DNA from: Ignavibacteria bacterium
Lineage (GTDB): Bacteria > Bacteroidota > Ignavibacteria > Kapaibacteriales > Kapaibacteriaceae
Assembly (NCBI GenBank): GCA_016191145.1
Contig: JACPPD010000007.1
Coordinates: 16,021 to 80,020, forward strand
DNA length: 64,000 nucleotides
Direction: 5' to 3'
Position 1 is the stretch's first letter; every line of letters starts with the position of its first letter. The notes under the pieces are model-generated. The model was not told the origin of the DNA. It saw nothing but the letters and a program-made list of their open reading frames with translations, and did not search any database. Of the stretch, positions 38,730 to 49,610 are shown in pieces. The translations under genes were made by a program, and so were the position numbers.

Positions 38730-39713
38730 TTAAGAAGAGCGCGTCACAACAAAGTTAGCAAAGTCGATCAGCGACGTTTTATATGCCGAATTCGGCATGT
38801 CGGCGACAAGACGAATGGCATCACTGACGAGTGCGCCTGCCTTATTCTGTGCCGACTCAATCCCGTGGTAACGGTTTACAAAACCAAAGATAGTATCAAT
38901 TTCCTTGCGTCCGGGCTTCTTCCGTTTAACCAGAGAAATTATGGATTGTGCTTCGCTGGAAGGGGCATTCTGGCACGCATACAACAGGGGCAGTGTAACC
39001 TTTTGGTCTTTAAGATCTGTTGCAACCGGCTTACCGAGGATTGAACTTCTGCTTGTATAATCGAGAACGTCATCGCGGATCTGAAACGCGAGTCCAACCA
39101 ACTCGCCATATTCCTTCATCAAAGCGTGAACGCCGATATCTGATGTTGCGCTTAGTGCGCCGATCTCACAACAGGTTGAAATGAGGGACGCTGTTTTATC
39201 CGAAATGATTCTGAAGTACGTTTCTTCGTCGATGGTACGCTGACGGCTCTTTTGAATTTGAAGAAGTTCACCTTCGCTCATGCGTCTTACCGCTTCCGAA
39301 GTAACGCGAAGGAATTCAAATTCGCTCTTCTTTACCGCTATCAGCAAGCCCCTCGATAAAAGGTAATCGCCAACGAGTACCGACACCTTGTTTTTCCATA
39401 CGGCGTTGATAGAAGCCATACCCCGCCGTTCATCTGCCTGGTCAACAACATCATCGTGCACGAGCGTTGCCGTGTGCAGCAGCTCCACCATCGAAGCTCC
39501 GACAAAGGTGCGTTCGGTGATTTCGCCGCAAATACCAGCAGATAAGAACACGAGAGTGGGGCGAATACGCTTGCCTCGTTGGCGCATGATATATCGCACA
39601 ATCGTGTCGAGCAGTGCAGCACGAGACTTCATTTGCTCGCGCATGTAGCCTTCGAATCGTTCCAATTCGTCGGCAACAGGACTTGTGATATCAGTCAACA
39701 CCTTAGCTACCAT
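38730..39713 (-). CDS. ispB: Polyprenyl diphosphate synthase (IspB-like)
   Basis: The first DDxxD motif is LVHDDVVDQADERRG and the second is FQIRDDVLDY. The start is chosen at 39713 (MVAKVLTDI...), just downstream of the tatC stop. The track start at 39791 would overlap tatC. Confidence 0.8.
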   Translation of the reverse strand: MVAKVLTDITSPVADELERFEGYMREQMKSRAALLDTIVRYIMRQRGKRIRPTLVFLSAGICGEITERTFVGASMVELLHTATLVHDDVVDQADERRGMASINAVWKNKVSVLVGDYLLSRGLLIAVKKSEFEFLRVTSEAVRRMSEGELLQIQKSRQRTIDEETYFRIISDKTASLISTCCEIGALSATSDIGVHALMKEYGELVGLAFQIRDDVLDYTSRSSILGKPVATDLKDQKVTLPLLYACQNAPSSEAQSIISLVKRKKPGRKEIDTIFGFVNRYHGIESAQNKAGALVSDAIRLVADMPNSAYKTSLIDFANFVVTRSS

Positions 39714-40461
39714 CTTCCTCTGCCCGGCGTGCATTTGTGAATTTTGCAATAACAACGCTGATCTCGTAGAGAATATACAACGGGACAGCAACCATGAGCT
39801 GAGTAATCGGATCGGGAGTTGGAGTTATCAGTGCAGCAAGAATCAAGATGACAACAATTGCATGACGGCGGTACTTGGCCATGAAATGCGAAGTGACCAC
39901 TCCAATCTTTGCTAACACAAATGTTAACATCGGAAGTTCAAAGATGAGTCCCGAAGCCAGAAGCATGTTGATGAAGAACGAGAAGTAGTTAGACGTTGAG
40001 ATATTATCTTCTATATTGGGGTTCGCAACAACGTTGATATAATTCATCATGCTCGGAATCAGTACCCAATATCCAAACGCAACGCCAAGCAGAAAACAAA
40101 GAGTTGTGATGGCAGTAACCCATCGTGCCCACTTTCGTTCGTGAGCATACAAGCCTGGAGCAACAAAGCTCCATACCTGATGCATTACAAAGGGAAATGA
40201 TAACACGATTCCTGAAAACAGAATTACTTTAAAAAGTAAAAATGCTTGTCCAAATGGTTCGAGGTTCTGCAAAGTGAGTTTTGCATCGATCGCCGGCTTC
40301 AGTAATGCTTCGTTCATTATCCATTCACGGAAGTATCCAGCTACCGCGCATCCTGCTAATACCCACAGTATGGATTTCAATGCACGCGACCGAAGTTCCT
40401 CGATGTGGTCGAGAAAATTCATCTCCTTTTCTGGGGTCTCAATCTCTTCAGCTGAATTCAT
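39703..40461 (-). CDS. tatC: Sec-independent protein translocase subunit TatC
   Basis: MNSAEEIETPEKEMNFLDHIEELRSR... matches the TatC N-terminus. It has 6 TM helices. The track start at 40698 adds an implausible 79-aa extension. Confidence 0.8.
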   Translation of the reverse strand: MNSAEEIETPEKEMNFLDHIEELRSRALKSILWVLAGCAVAGYFREWIMNEALLKPAIDAKLTLQNLEPFGQAFLLFKVILFSGIVLSFPFVMHQVWSFVAPGLYAHERKWARWVTAITTLCFLLGVAFGYWVLIPSMMNYINVVANPNIEDNISTSNYFSFFINMLLASGLIFELPMLTFVLAKIGVVTSHFMAKYRRHAIVVILILAALITPTPDPITQLMVAVPLYILYEISVVIAKFTNARRAEEDGS

Positions 40462-40820
40462 CAAATTCCGATATGCATCTGCAATTGACGAAAATACGGC
40501 AGGTGGTTCCAGGGAAGGCCAAATGTTATTGGCAGTGCGCAACGCAATACTATTATTTGCCGTTAGCTCAACAATGAGAAATGCAAGAGAAAAATGTTCA
40601 CCTGAACCAACTTTTTCTCTTGGTATGTTACCTCTATTACATTCAAATTTGCACCCCCTCGACAGGGGCATAATATATTGGGGCTGTACGGGATTCAAAA
40701 ACCTGCGTTTATGCGCGGAGGAGGGCTAGTTGGGTGAAAAAAAGTGAGCCGTTAAACTTATTCTCTACTTCAACTTCAATTGCAGAGGCAGGAATTACAT
40801 CGATCGAGCGGCAAGGACGC

Positions 40821-42248
40821 ATGGAAAGAAGCGGCGGATCTTCTGATGCCGAGACCCTTTGGGCACGGTGCCTGGAAATCATTCGCGACAACGTGTCGGA
40901 GCAAGTTTTTAAAACTTGGTTCGAACAAATACGCCCGCAAGGTTGGGATGGTGTGCAACTGACAGTTGATCTCCCAAGTCAGTTTTTTTATGAATGGATC
41001 GAAGAACACTATTCTTCACTTATTAAAAAAACTGTACAAAAAGTTCTTGGAGCGAAAGCAAAACTTCAGTACCAGGTTGTTGTTGACGAAGGTGAATCTG
41101 CGCCTGACCAGAGAACGATAAAACTCCCCGCATTCAGGGGGCAATCGCAGCAGTCAATGCAGTTTGGGCAGCAGCAACAAGCTGTACCAGGCTCACCCAC
41201 TCAGGGGAATACAACTCACTTCCCATCATATTTCAATCCGAGATATACGTTCGAGAATTTCATCCGCGGCGAGAACAATCAGCTCGCAACATCTGCTGCA
41301 ATGGCAGTTGCCGATAATCCCGGTAAGACGCGTTACAATCCGCTTGTTATCTATGGTCCCACAGGTCTTGGCAAGACGCACCTTGTACAAGCCATAGGCA
41401 ACCGCGTTCTTCAGCGCAACAGAAATGCTAAGGTACTCTATACAAACTCTGAAAAGTTTACAATGGAGTATATCAACGCCATCCAGACAAATAAACTTCC
41501 CGAGTTCACAAACTTCTATCGCGGTGTAGATGTTCTAATTGTTGATGATATTCAGTTTTTAGGGGGCAAGGAACGTACACAAGACATGTTCTTCCATACG
41601 TTCAATGCTTTGCATCAATCGGGCAAGCAGGTTATCCTTACAAGCGATAAACAGCCAAAGGACCTTGCCGACGTCGATGAACGGCTCATCTCCAGATTCC
41701 AATGGGGATTGACTGCTGATATTCAGCCCCCCGACTTTGAGACGCGCATGGCTATCCTCCAGCAAAAGGCCATGGAAGAGGGCGTAGACCTCGAAGGTGA
41801 TATCATGGAGTACATTGCCCGGCATATCACAACAAGCGTTCGTGAAATTGAAGGCTGTTTGATTTCTTTACTGGCTAAGGTAACACTCGATAACCGCCCG
41901 CTCAATCTAGACCTTGCAAAGGAAGTTGTGCGGAGCGTTACAAACGCACCTGCTTCTCGGCAGTTGTCAATCGAAGAGATTAAACAGGAAGTGTCGGCAT
42001 ACTACAATCAAACTGTCGATTCGTTGTCGGCCAAAACGCGTAAGCACGAAGTTGTGCTGGCGCGCCAGATGTGCATGTACCTGGCTAAGCAGCTCACGCA
42101 GATGTCGCTGAAGAGTATTGGAATGCACTTCGGAGGCAGGGATCATACAACAGTGCTGCACTCATGTCAGCAGATCCTGAATTATATCGACACCGATCGC
42201 AAGGTCCGCCAGGATGTAGAATTCCTGAAGAAAGCGCTTCGGAGTTAA
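40821..42248 (+). CDS. dnaA: Chromosomal replication initiator protein DnaA
   Basis: The AAA+ Walker A is GPTGLGKTHL. The C-terminal DnaA-box-binding HTH is HTTVLHSCQQI. The start at 40821 (MERSGG...) is preceded by AAGGA. The track start at 40734 is less likely. Confidence 0.9.
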   Translation: MERSGGSSDAETLWARCLEIIRDNVSEQVFKTWFEQIRPQGWDGVQLTVDLPSQFFYEWIEEHYSSLIKKTVQKVLGAKAKLQYQVVVDEGESAPDQRTIKLPAFRGQSQQSMQFGQQQQAVPGSPTQGNTTHFPSYFNPRYTFENFIRGENNQLATSAAMAVADNPGKTRYNPLVIYGPTGLGKTHLVQAIGNRVLQRNRNAKVLYTNSEKFTMEYINAIQTNKLPEFTNFYRGVDVLIVDDIQFLGGKERTQDMFFHTFNALHQSGKQVILTSDKQPKDLADVDERLISRFQWGLTADIQPPDFETRMAILQQKAMEEGVDLEGDIMEYIARHITTSVREIEGCLISLLAKVTLDNRPLNLDLAKEVVRSVTNAPASRQLSIEEIKQEVSAYYNQTVDSLSAKTRKHEVVLARQMCMYLAKQLTQMSLKSIGMHFGGRDHTTVLHSCQQILNYIDTDRKVRQDVEFLKKALRS

Positions 42249-42258
42249 CTACTTTCCT

Positions 42259-43398
42259 TTACCACTGTCCTTTAAAGAACATTGCAGCTAACTGCAATTG
42301 TCCAACCGAGACAAATGCAATGTAGGGGCCACTGGTGTAGCCTAAGACGTCCAGTGTTGCATGGCCTGAGGTGGTGCTAACGATTGCAGGTATCGTCAGC
42401 CTTCCCACGACGTCGTAAACAACTATATTATCGGCAATTCCCAGCTCCGCAGAATAATCCACCTGCACAACGTTTCCCACTGAACTCGCTGATGCCTTCA
42501 GCCGTGATTTATCGAAATTCGTAGAAGTCGATGCTGAGCCGTCTGCGATTCCAGTGGTTTGCGTCCGGTTTAGCACATACCAGCCTACTGCATCAAACGC
42601 ACCGGACATCCTGTAATCAAATAAAATCTGATTGTAACCATAGTTACCATCAATATTTATTACAACATTTAGGGTCGAATAAGTAATAGCGCCAGTTATT
42701 TTACCATTGGAAAATGTAATAGTGCCGGAAAATGGTTCGTCCATCGTCATCGTGGCAGTATTCAGAACTGGGTCAAATGGGCCAGTCCCCGTCATTGTAA
42801 TTGGAGCCGGATTTCCAAATGCGCCTTCCATTGTAATCGAACCAAATATTGTCTGATTCACATAATCAAGTTGGAGGTTAGCACTCCCCGGACCCTGAGT
42901 ATCAAATGTCTTGTTTGTCCAGGTACCGTTCCATTCAGATGATATAAAGCTTGGCGTCGTTTCCGATGGATTGGGAAAGGCGATGTCGGTAAAGTCTGTG
43001 TTGTGGGCAAAATTGATTGTCACAGAGTCCAACACCGGCGGTATCAAAAGTCTCCACGCATGATCGGTTGGAGGTGGTTCGTACCGTCCATTCCCGTTCA
43101 GGTCTATGAAAAAATCAATCTTGTAAGGCGCACCTGAAAGCAGTGCAAGAATAGACACCGACAACTCCGGGGAATCGATCATTGTCTTTATTGATGCGGC
43201 TTCCCATACTTGCGTTGATGAGTTGTCAACTATCCGCACATAGAGCCACTTCCCCACATGCGGACCCATCCCCGAGAAATTCATATTTAATCGATACTGA
43301 GCTGTAAGGCTAATGCCAGACAATGCAACAATCGCAAGGAATATGCATTTCATTGTTTTTGCCTTTGAATGGTTGCACAAATTAAACGGAAAATTCAA
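42259..43398 (-). CDS. Secreted hypothetical protein with a T9SS C-terminal sorting domain
   Basis: It has a signal peptide MKCIFLAIVALSGISLTAQ. The C-terminus ...NIVVYDVVGRLTIPAIV...SGPYIAFVSVGQ... follows the Por_Secre_tail pattern. Confidence 0.5.
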   Translation of the reverse strand: MNFPFNLCNHSKAKTMKCIFLAIVALSGISLTAQYRLNMNFSGMGPHVGKWLYVRIVDNSSTQVWEAASIKTMIDSPELSVSILALLSGAPYKIDFFIDLNGNGRYEPPPTDHAWRLLIPPVLDSVTINFAHNTDFTDIAFPNPSETTPSFISSEWNGTWTNKTFDTQGPGSANLQLDYVNQTIFGSITMEGAFGNPAPITMTGTGPFDPVLNTATMTMDEPFSGTITFSNGKITGAITYSTLNVVINIDGNYGYNQILFDYRMSGAFDAVGWYVLNRTQTTGIADGSASTSTNFDKSRLKASASSVGNVVQVDYSAELGIADNIVVYDVVGRLTIPAIVSTTSGHATLDVLGYTSGPYIAFVSVGQLQLAAMFFKGQW

Positions 43399-43739
43399 TC
43401 CCAGCGCTCATTTTAAGAGCATTGCATTCATCCTTGTGCCTTTAACATCAAACAGCACTCCATACACTCCATTAGGCAGCCTTGTGATGTCTACATCGGC
43501 ATTCCCGGGCAGTGACTGAACCAGTGGGGGCAGTACAAATCGCCGATGGTGCCGTTTATTATAATTCTACAAATAGCACTAGGTTTTGTGAATCTCCAGG
43601 GCTTCTTACTTTATAGCAAGACTGTGGTTTGTTTTTTGCATGCATGCTAAGAAAGCAGTTATTGCGCATGTATTGGGTGAACAGGCTGCAGACAGATGCT
43701 GTAATTCTATCTATAAGGTTAATTCACTACATAACTCGT

Positions 43740-44129
43740 TCAGCGAGCCGGAGGGATATTGATAACTACTCTGAAATGCTGCTCTGGCCCGGGAGGGTCG
43801 GTGGTAATAGTGTAGTCTACAAATACAACCGGATCCGTTATGTGATTTGCGTTGATCATAACGTAAAACTTTCCCGGAATACTATCGTGGGCCACCGGTT
43901 GTTGAACCGTTGCTGAACCGCAACGACACGACCCTTCGATTCGGGTAATACGAATTGTGTCGCCTGTGTTGCTATAAAAATTTATCATACGATTCACAAA
44001 TCCGGTACTGTCCCTTGTTTCTACGAGAATTGGGGGATCGAACGAAATCGTTGCAGGATGAGTCTTCTGTCCTGTTGACACCTGTCCGCCCATCATGCCG
44101 ATGATAAAGGATAGTAGAATGGCAACCAT
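43740..44129 (-). CDS. Small secreted protein, DUF1573-like (hypothetical)
   Basis: The start at 44129 (MVAILLSFIIGMMGG) avoids overlap with dapB. The length is about 130 aa. Confidence 0.4.
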   Translation of the reverse strand: MVAILLSFIIGMMGGQVSTGQKTHPATISFDPPILVETRDSTGFVNRMINFYSNTGDTIRITRIEGSCRCGSATVQQPVAHDSIPGKFYVMINANHITDPVVFVDYTITTDPPGPEQHFRVVINIPPAR

Positions 44130-44131
44130 GG

Positions 44132-44872
44132 TTATTTCTGTTCGGAGATGATTTGCTGATATACCTGGGTAAAATCGTAAAAGCCTTGTTTCCGATGAAT
44201 CCAACGCGCCGCCATTAATGCCCCCCTTGCAAATCCCGATCTGTCCTTGGCGGTGTGCGTTAATTCGATTGAGTCTGACGTACCGTCGACGATTACCGTG
44301 TGTTTGCCAACAATCTCACCGCCTCTCGTCGACGTTACATGCAGATGGTGCGGATCGATCTTGGAATGTTGCGTTTCGGTATCTAACGCAGTCTTTCGGC
44401 GAATTTCTTCAAGCAAAATATTTGCAGCAGTGAGGGCTGTACCGCTTGGACTGTCCTTCTTTCTCTTGTGATGCCATTCGTGCATTACCACGTCGTATTC
44501 ATTTACGTCGTTAGCAAGGATTCCAACGGCGCGCACGAGTCGGAAAAACATCTGTACACCAACGGAAAAATTCGACCCCCAAATAACTCCGTTGTTAGCT
44601 TCTTGTTGCAGATGCCTGAGAATGTGTAAATGCTCATACCAGCCCGTTGTCCCAATCACGAGGTCCTTACCCATTGCGCAAACATTCCTTGCATTATCAA
44701 CTGCTGCCGCGGGTTCGGTAAAATCGATGGCAACATCGAAATCTGTAAACGTACCTTTTGTTAGGGGGCGATCAACATCATACACCGAAACAACTTCGCA
44801 CCTGTAATCGGCAGCGAAGCGTTGAACTTCGTGACCCATCGATCCATAACCAAGGAGAGCAAGTTTCGTCAT
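44132..44872 (-). CDS. dapB: 4-hydroxy-tetrahydrodipicolinate reductase
   Basis: The NAD-binding motif is MTKLALLGYGSMG. The DapB C-terminal domain motif is HHKRKKDSPSGTA (E/HHxxKxDxPSGTA). Confidence 0.85.
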   Translation of the reverse strand: MTKLALLGYGSMGHEVQRFAADYRCEVVSVYDVDRPLTKGTFTDFDVAIDFTEPAAAVDNARNVCAMGKDLVIGTTGWYEHLHILRHLQQEANNGVIWGSNFSVGVQMFFRLVRAVGILANDVNEYDVVMHEWHHKRKKDSPSGTALTAANILLEEIRRKTALDTETQHSKIDPHHLHVTSTRGGEIVGKHTVIVDGTSDSIELTHTAKDRSGFARGALMAARWIHRKQGFYDFTQVYQQIISEQK

Positions 44873-44900
44873 ATCGTTGAGTTAGAACACAGTAGATTAA

Positions 44901-45617
44901 TTATATCGCCGCTTCCGACCGCGGCGATTCTATTTCCTGCGATGCTGGTGCACCGATTACTCTTCTTTGCAACACTCCTTCTTCGAGTGTATAGCGCTGT
45001 GCCTGAGAAAATTTTGCTGCGAACGAATTGCTGTGAGTCGAAGCAATTAACCCAACGCCCGTGTTCACTGCTGTTTGCAATTTTTGAGCTACCATCGTCG
45101 CCGTTGAATCATCGAGTGTTCCGGTTGGTTCGTCTGCTATAATCACACTTGGATTCATTGCCAATGCGCGTGCAAGCGCCACAAGGTGGCGCTCGCCCCC
45201 TGACAACTGACGCGGTAGCTTAGATCTGATGTAACTGATGCCGAGATCGGCAAACAGTTCAAGAGCAAGGTTGTTTGCCTCTGAGCGTGTAAAGCCTCGG
45301 AGTGCGAACGGCATGAGAACATTTTCGAATGCAGTGTAATCGCTCACCAGCCTACAATCCTGCTGAACAATTCCGAGTTTACGGCGAAGCTCGCGGCGCG
45401 ACCTGGCCTTCATGGCCTTTGTTGGCATGTTGTCTATATACACATGCCCGCTAGACGGAATGATGTCGGCATACAATAAACGGAGCAGCGTTGTCTTGCC
45501 GGCACCGGTGGCGCCCATTAACATCATTACGCCGATGCCATCGTATTCGAATGATACATCACTGATGGCAGCGATGCCCGAATACTCAACTGATACCTTG
45601 TCGAATCGAAACTGCAT
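44901..45617 (-). CDS. ABC transporter ATP-binding protein (FtsE/LolD-like)
   Basis: It has Walker A GATGAGKTT, signature LSGGERHL and Walker B IIADEPT. No ftsX is adjacent. Confidence 0.75.
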   Translation of the reverse strand: MQFRFDKVSVEYSGIAAISDVSFEYDGIGVMMLMGATGAGKTTLLRLLYADIIPSSGHVYIDNMPTKAMKARSRRELRRKLGIVQQDCRLVSDYTAFENVLMPFALRGFTRSEANNLALELFADLGISYIRSKLPRQLSGGERHLVALARALAMNPSVIIADEPTGTLDDSTATMVAQKLQTAVNTGVGLIASTHSNSFAAKFSQAQRYTLEEGVLQRRVIGAPASQEIESPRSEAAI

Positions 45618-45620
45618 GAT

Positions 45621-46691
45621 TCAGATTTCTGCTGAAATCGTTGGTTCTAAAGGGGCTCGGTGCGACAAAAGTATTGCGATTGGCTGAGTTAATTGGAAGT
45701 GCTCCATTATGGTAACAAGTATTGCCATGATTGGAACGGATAAAATCATTCCTACAATACCCCACATCCATCCCCAGAACACGAGTGTGAACAACACAAC
45801 TGTAGGGCTGAGGTTTAATGTGATACCCATTGCGCGCGGTTCGAGGACGTTTCCAATGATGTTGTGCAGAACAACCAGGATGGCAACAATCAGGATGGCG
45901 TGCGGCAGACTCCCAAACTGTATGAGCGCAACAATTCCAGGAATAACTGTAGTTATGAACGACCCAATGTTTGGGATATAGTTAAACAGAAAAGCTAATA
46001 GCCCGAGTAATGGAGCAAAGTCGACACTAAATATTGATAATACTGCAAACTGAACCATACCATTTATCAGGTTGAAAATGGTCTTTATGCGTAAATACTT
46101 CAGAACCTTTTCATTGATGGACGCATAAACCGCACCTAGCTCAGGCATTTGCATCAACCGCAGTGCAGCACCCTGCTTGGCTGGATAATATTCGGCGCCC
46201 AACGTCATGAACACAATGTAGAGCAACACCAGCGCTCCGTCGGCAATGACTGATAAGGCAGAGCCAACCGATGAAGTGAGAATGCCCACAACATTTTCTG
46301 ATGTAAAAAATTTGTCAAGTTTTAAAACAGTGGGTCTCCCAAGAATCTGTCCCGTGGTTCGCCCCGCAATTCGCTGAATGTCCGCAATCAGCGACCGAAT
46401 CTTCTGCGTGTACTCTGGCGTTTTGTCAATAATAGATTCGATGCCGAATGAGATAATCAAACTCAAGCCCCATATCGCTGCGGCCGAAATGATGAGAACA
46501 ATTATCAATCCTGCCCATGTTGGTGCGCCTCGCTGACGCAGCATCGAGATCAGCGGCTTGAACAATACTGTAAGAAATGCTGCAAGAACGAACGGAATGA
46601 GGATATCGCGAAGCACATACATCACTGCCGCCACTCCGATAACGGCAATGATCAGCGTAGATATTCCAATGTTTCTTGTTGTGTTATCCAT
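45621..46691 (-). CDS. AI-2E family transporter (PerM/UPF0118)
   Basis: It has 8 TM helices, ...LRDILIPFVLAAFL..., and a length typical of the family. Confidence 0.75.
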   Translation of the reverse strand: MDNTTRNIGISTLIIAVIGVAAVMYVLRDILIPFVLAAFLTVLFKPLISMLRQRGAPTWAGLIIVLIISAAAIWGLSLIISFGIESIIDKTPEYTQKIRSLIADIQRIAGRTTGQILGRPTVLKLDKFFTSENVVGILTSSVGSALSVIADGALVLLYIVFMTLGAEYYPAKQGAALRLMQMPELGAVYASINEKVLKYLRIKTIFNLINGMVQFAVLSIFSVDFAPLLGLLAFLFNYIPNIGSFITTVIPGIVALIQFGSLPHAILIVAILVVLHNIIGNVLEPRAMGITLNLSPTVVLFTLVFWGWMWGIVGMILSVPIMAILVTIMEHFQLTQPIAILLSHRAPLEPTISAEI

Positions 46692-46754
46692 TGGGGGGCA
46701 ATATAGCGTTCACTTCAATGCCTATTTTCGAGTCCCTTTTTCTAACCGGAGATT

Positions 46755-47732
46755 TTGATGCAGCGCGGACCGATATCACAGTTCATCGAAAATGAGTTCC
46801 TTCATTTTAACGCGGCAGCGTTAGTCGATGCTGCAAAAGGGTACGAACGGCACCTGGCAGATGGTGGAAGGATGATGATCACTCTCGCTGGAGCCATGAG
46901 TACTGCCGAGTTGGGAAAGTCGTTGGCGGAAATGATACGTCGGGACAAAGTGCAGATTATCTCCTGCACCGGAGCAAACCTCGAAGAGGACATCATGAAT
47001 CTTGTTGCGCACAACAGTTACAAACGTGTGCCGCATTATCGCGACCTTTCACCGCAGGATGAATGGGAATTGCTTGAAGGGGGCTTCAACCGCGTTACCG
47101 ACACTTGTATTCCCGAAGAGGAGGCATTCCGACGCATACAGCAGAACATCTTCAAACAATGGAAGAACACTCAGGACACGGGCGAGCGATACTTTCCTCA
47201 CGAGTACATGTATAAGCTGTTACTGTCGGGTGATATGAAGGAGCACTACGAGATCGATACCAGGGACTCATGGATGATTGCGGCAGCGGAACGAAACCTC
47301 CCCATCATCGTGCCGGGATGGGAAGATTCTACCATGGGCAACATATTCGCATCGTATTGTATCAAGGGTGAGTTGCAGCCATCCATCATGAAGAGCGGTA
47401 TCGAATACATGATCTATCTCTCCGACTGGTACAAGCAGAACTCGTCTGGTAAAGGCGTTGGCTTCTTTCAAATTGGAGGGGGCATTGCAGGCGACTTCCC
47501 AATCTGCGTAGTCCCGATGATGTATCAGGACCTCGGCCTGCACGACGTTCCATTCTGGAGCTATTTCTGTCAGATATCCGATTCCACCACTTCGTATGGG
47601 TCTTACTCAGGAGCCGTACCTAACGAAAAGATTACATGGGGCAAACTCGGGATCGACACGCCAAAATTTGTAATTGAATCCGATGCCACCATCGTTGCCC
47701 CATTGATTTTTGCCTGGCTGATGAATCGCTAA
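46755..47732 (+). CDS. Deoxyhypusine synthase-family protein
   Basis: TLAGAMSTAELGKSLAEMI and ISCTGANLEEDI match the DHS NAD-binding region. Confidence 0.7.
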   Translation: MMQRGPISQFIENEFLHFNAAALVDAAKGYERHLADGGRMMITLAGAMSTAELGKSLAEMIRRDKVQIISCTGANLEEDIMNLVAHNSYKRVPHYRDLSPQDEWELLEGGFNRVTDTCIPEEEAFRRIQQNIFKQWKNTQDTGERYFPHEYMYKLLLSGDMKEHYEIDTRDSWMIAAAERNLPIIVPGWEDSTMGNIFASYCIKGELQPSIMKSGIEYMIYLSDWYKQNSSGKGVGFFQIGGGIAGDFPICVVPMMYQDLGLHDVPFWSYFCQISDSTTSYGSYSGAVPNEKITWGKLGIDTPKFVIESDATIVAPLIFAWLMNR

Positions 47733-47811
47733 ACGGCAAACCAAAAAACCATTTAGCGGCGAGATATGGCGTATTTTTGCCCCTTCCATTTTCTTTATCC
47801 GCGCACCAAGT

Positions 47812-49605
47812 ATGACTCCACTGCTCGAAGTTCACGGACTTACAACTGAATTCACGTCGGATAAAGAAATTGTCAAGGCTGTAAACGATGCTTCGTTTAC
47901 TGTGGTACGCGGTAGAACATTGGGCATCGTGGGAGAATCGGGCTCCGGGAAATCGGTAACAAGCCTAAGCGTAATGCGATTGATATCCACGCCTCCCGGT
48001 AGAATTTCATCGGGACGAGTACTGTTTCATGAAAAGAGCGGAGCTGTTACTGATTTGCTGGCGCTGCCGGAAGAAACGATGCGCACGTATCGCGGTAATC
48101 GCATCGCAATGATCTTTCAGGAACCCATGACGTCGCTGAACCCGGTGTTTACCTGCGGCGATCAGATTGTGGAAGCAATCCGCTTGCACCAGAATGTTGG
48201 TAAAGACGAAGCACGACGCAGAACACTCGACCTGCTAAAGGAAGTAAAGCTGCCGCGGCCTGAGTCGATGATGACGTCGTATCCGCATCAATTGTCAGGG
48301 GGCCAGAAGCAGCGCGTAATGATTGCCATGGCAATGTCGTGTAATCCGGATTTACTGATTGCCGACGAGCCTACAACGGCTCTCGATGTTACGGTACAGG
48401 CTACAATTCTGGATCTGATGCGTCAGCTGCAAAAAAATCACCACATGTCGATGATGTTTATAACACACGACCTGGGAGTGATTGCAGAGATAGCAGACGA
48501 TGTTATCGTTATGTACAAAGGACGCATCGTTGAACACGGCACCATTCAACAGATTTTTGAAAATCCTCAGCATCCCTATACGAAAGGGTTGCTGGCATGC
48601 AGACCCCGTCTGGACAAGAAGTTGAAGATTCTGCCAACGGTTCGAGATTTTATGGATGAGACGGATGACGGAACAATAACTGAACGATCGCACGACAACG
48701 TGGATGCTGTTGTCCACCAACTGGAGTTCACACCTGCTGAAATTCAGGAACGCAATGAACATCTTGCATCAACGCAGCCTCTGCTTGATGTTAAAGATCT
48801 TGAAGTTCACTTTCCTATTAAAAGTGGAATGTTTGGGAAAACAACTGGCTTTGTGAAAGCTGTAGATTGTATCACATTCAATGTGAAGCCGGGTGAAACG
48901 CTTGGTCTCGTTGGTGAGTCGGGCTGCGGTAAGACTACTGCAGGACGTGCCATACTCCGGCTGGTTGAGCCAACGGGAGGCAATGTCATCTTTGATGGGA
49001 AAGATGTTGGCAGCTTGCAACAGGCAAGCCTGAAGACGTTGAGGCGGGACTTTCAGATAATTTTTCAGGACCCCTATTCCTCGTTAAACCCACGGCTGAG
49101 TGTTGGCAGTACCATATTGGAGGTACTGAAGGTACACGGAATTGGAGCCAACGAAAAAGACAGGAAGGATCAGGTTTTATACCTGCTTGATAAGGTTAAC
49201 CTCCTTCCACGCCACTTCAACAATTATGCGCATGAATTTTCGGGCGGGCAGCGTCAGCGGATTTGCATCGCGCGCGCGCTTGCGCTCAAGCCGAAGTTGC
49301 TGATATGCGATGAATCTGTAAGTGCGCTCGATGTTTCAGTTCAAGCCCAGGTGCTCAACCTACTGGTGGCGCTGCGCGATGAGTTTAAACTCACATACAT
49401 TTTTATTTCTCACGACTTGAGTGTGGTAAAATTTATCAGCGACAGAATTGCAGTGATGAATGCGGGCAAGATCGTCGAAATGGGAACAGCCAACGAAATC
49501 TATGCGTCGCCGATGCAAGACTACACGCGAGGTTTAATCGATGCAATCCCATTAGGTACGCTCGAAGCAATCCAAAAGCGAATAACTGAGCGGTCTGCAG
49601 CCTAA
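47812..49605 (+). CDS. ABC transporter ATP-binding protein with duplicated NBDs (YejF/GsiA-like, Opp/Dpp-type)
   Basis: It has two Walker A motifs (GESGSGKS and GESGCGKT) and two LSGGQ signatures. The oligopeptide-type C-terminal motif [15 protein letters not shown] is present. Confidence 0.8.
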   Translation: MTPLLEVHGLTTEFTSDKEIVKAVNDASFTVVRGRTLGIVGESGSGKSVTSLSVMRLISTPPGRISSGRVLFHEKSGAVTDLLALPEETMRTYRGNRIAMIFQEPMTSLNPVFTCGDQIVEAIRLHQNVGKDEARRRTLDLLKEVKLPRPESMMTSYPHQLSGGQKQRVMIAMAMSCNPDLLIADEPTTALDVTVQATILDLMRQLQKNHHMSMMFITHDLGVIAEIADDVIVMYKGRIVEHGTIQQIFENPQHPYTKGLLACRPRLDKKLKILPTVRDFMDETDDGTITERSHDNVDAVVHQLEFTPAEIQERNEHLASTQPLLDVKDLEVHFPIKSGMFGKTTGFVKAVDCITFNVKPGETLGLVGESGCGKTTAGRAILRLVEPTGGNVIFDGKDVGSLQQASLKTLRRDFQIIFQDPYSSLNPRLSVGSTILEVLKVHGIGANEKDRKDQVLYLLDKVNLLPRHFNNYAHEFSGGQRQRICIARALALKPKLLICDESVSALDVSVQAQVLNLLVALRDEFKLTYIFISHDLSVVKFISDRIAVMNAGKIVEMGTANEIYASPMQDYTRGLIDAIPLGTLEAIQKRITERSAA

Positions 49606-49610
49606 GAGTT

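Noticed and set aside
39714-39791. Extended ispB start at 39791 and extended tatC start at 40698
   Set aside because: The extensions overlap neighbouring genes or add non-conserved N-termini. The internal ATGs at 39713 and 40461 give canonical protein N-termini.
43399-43739. ncRNA or small gene in the 340-bp intergenic region (track ORF 43629..43916)
   Set aside because: I saw no structural or coding signal. The ORF overlaps the DUF1573-like gene's end and looks random. It is more likely a promoter region for the T9SS cargo gene.
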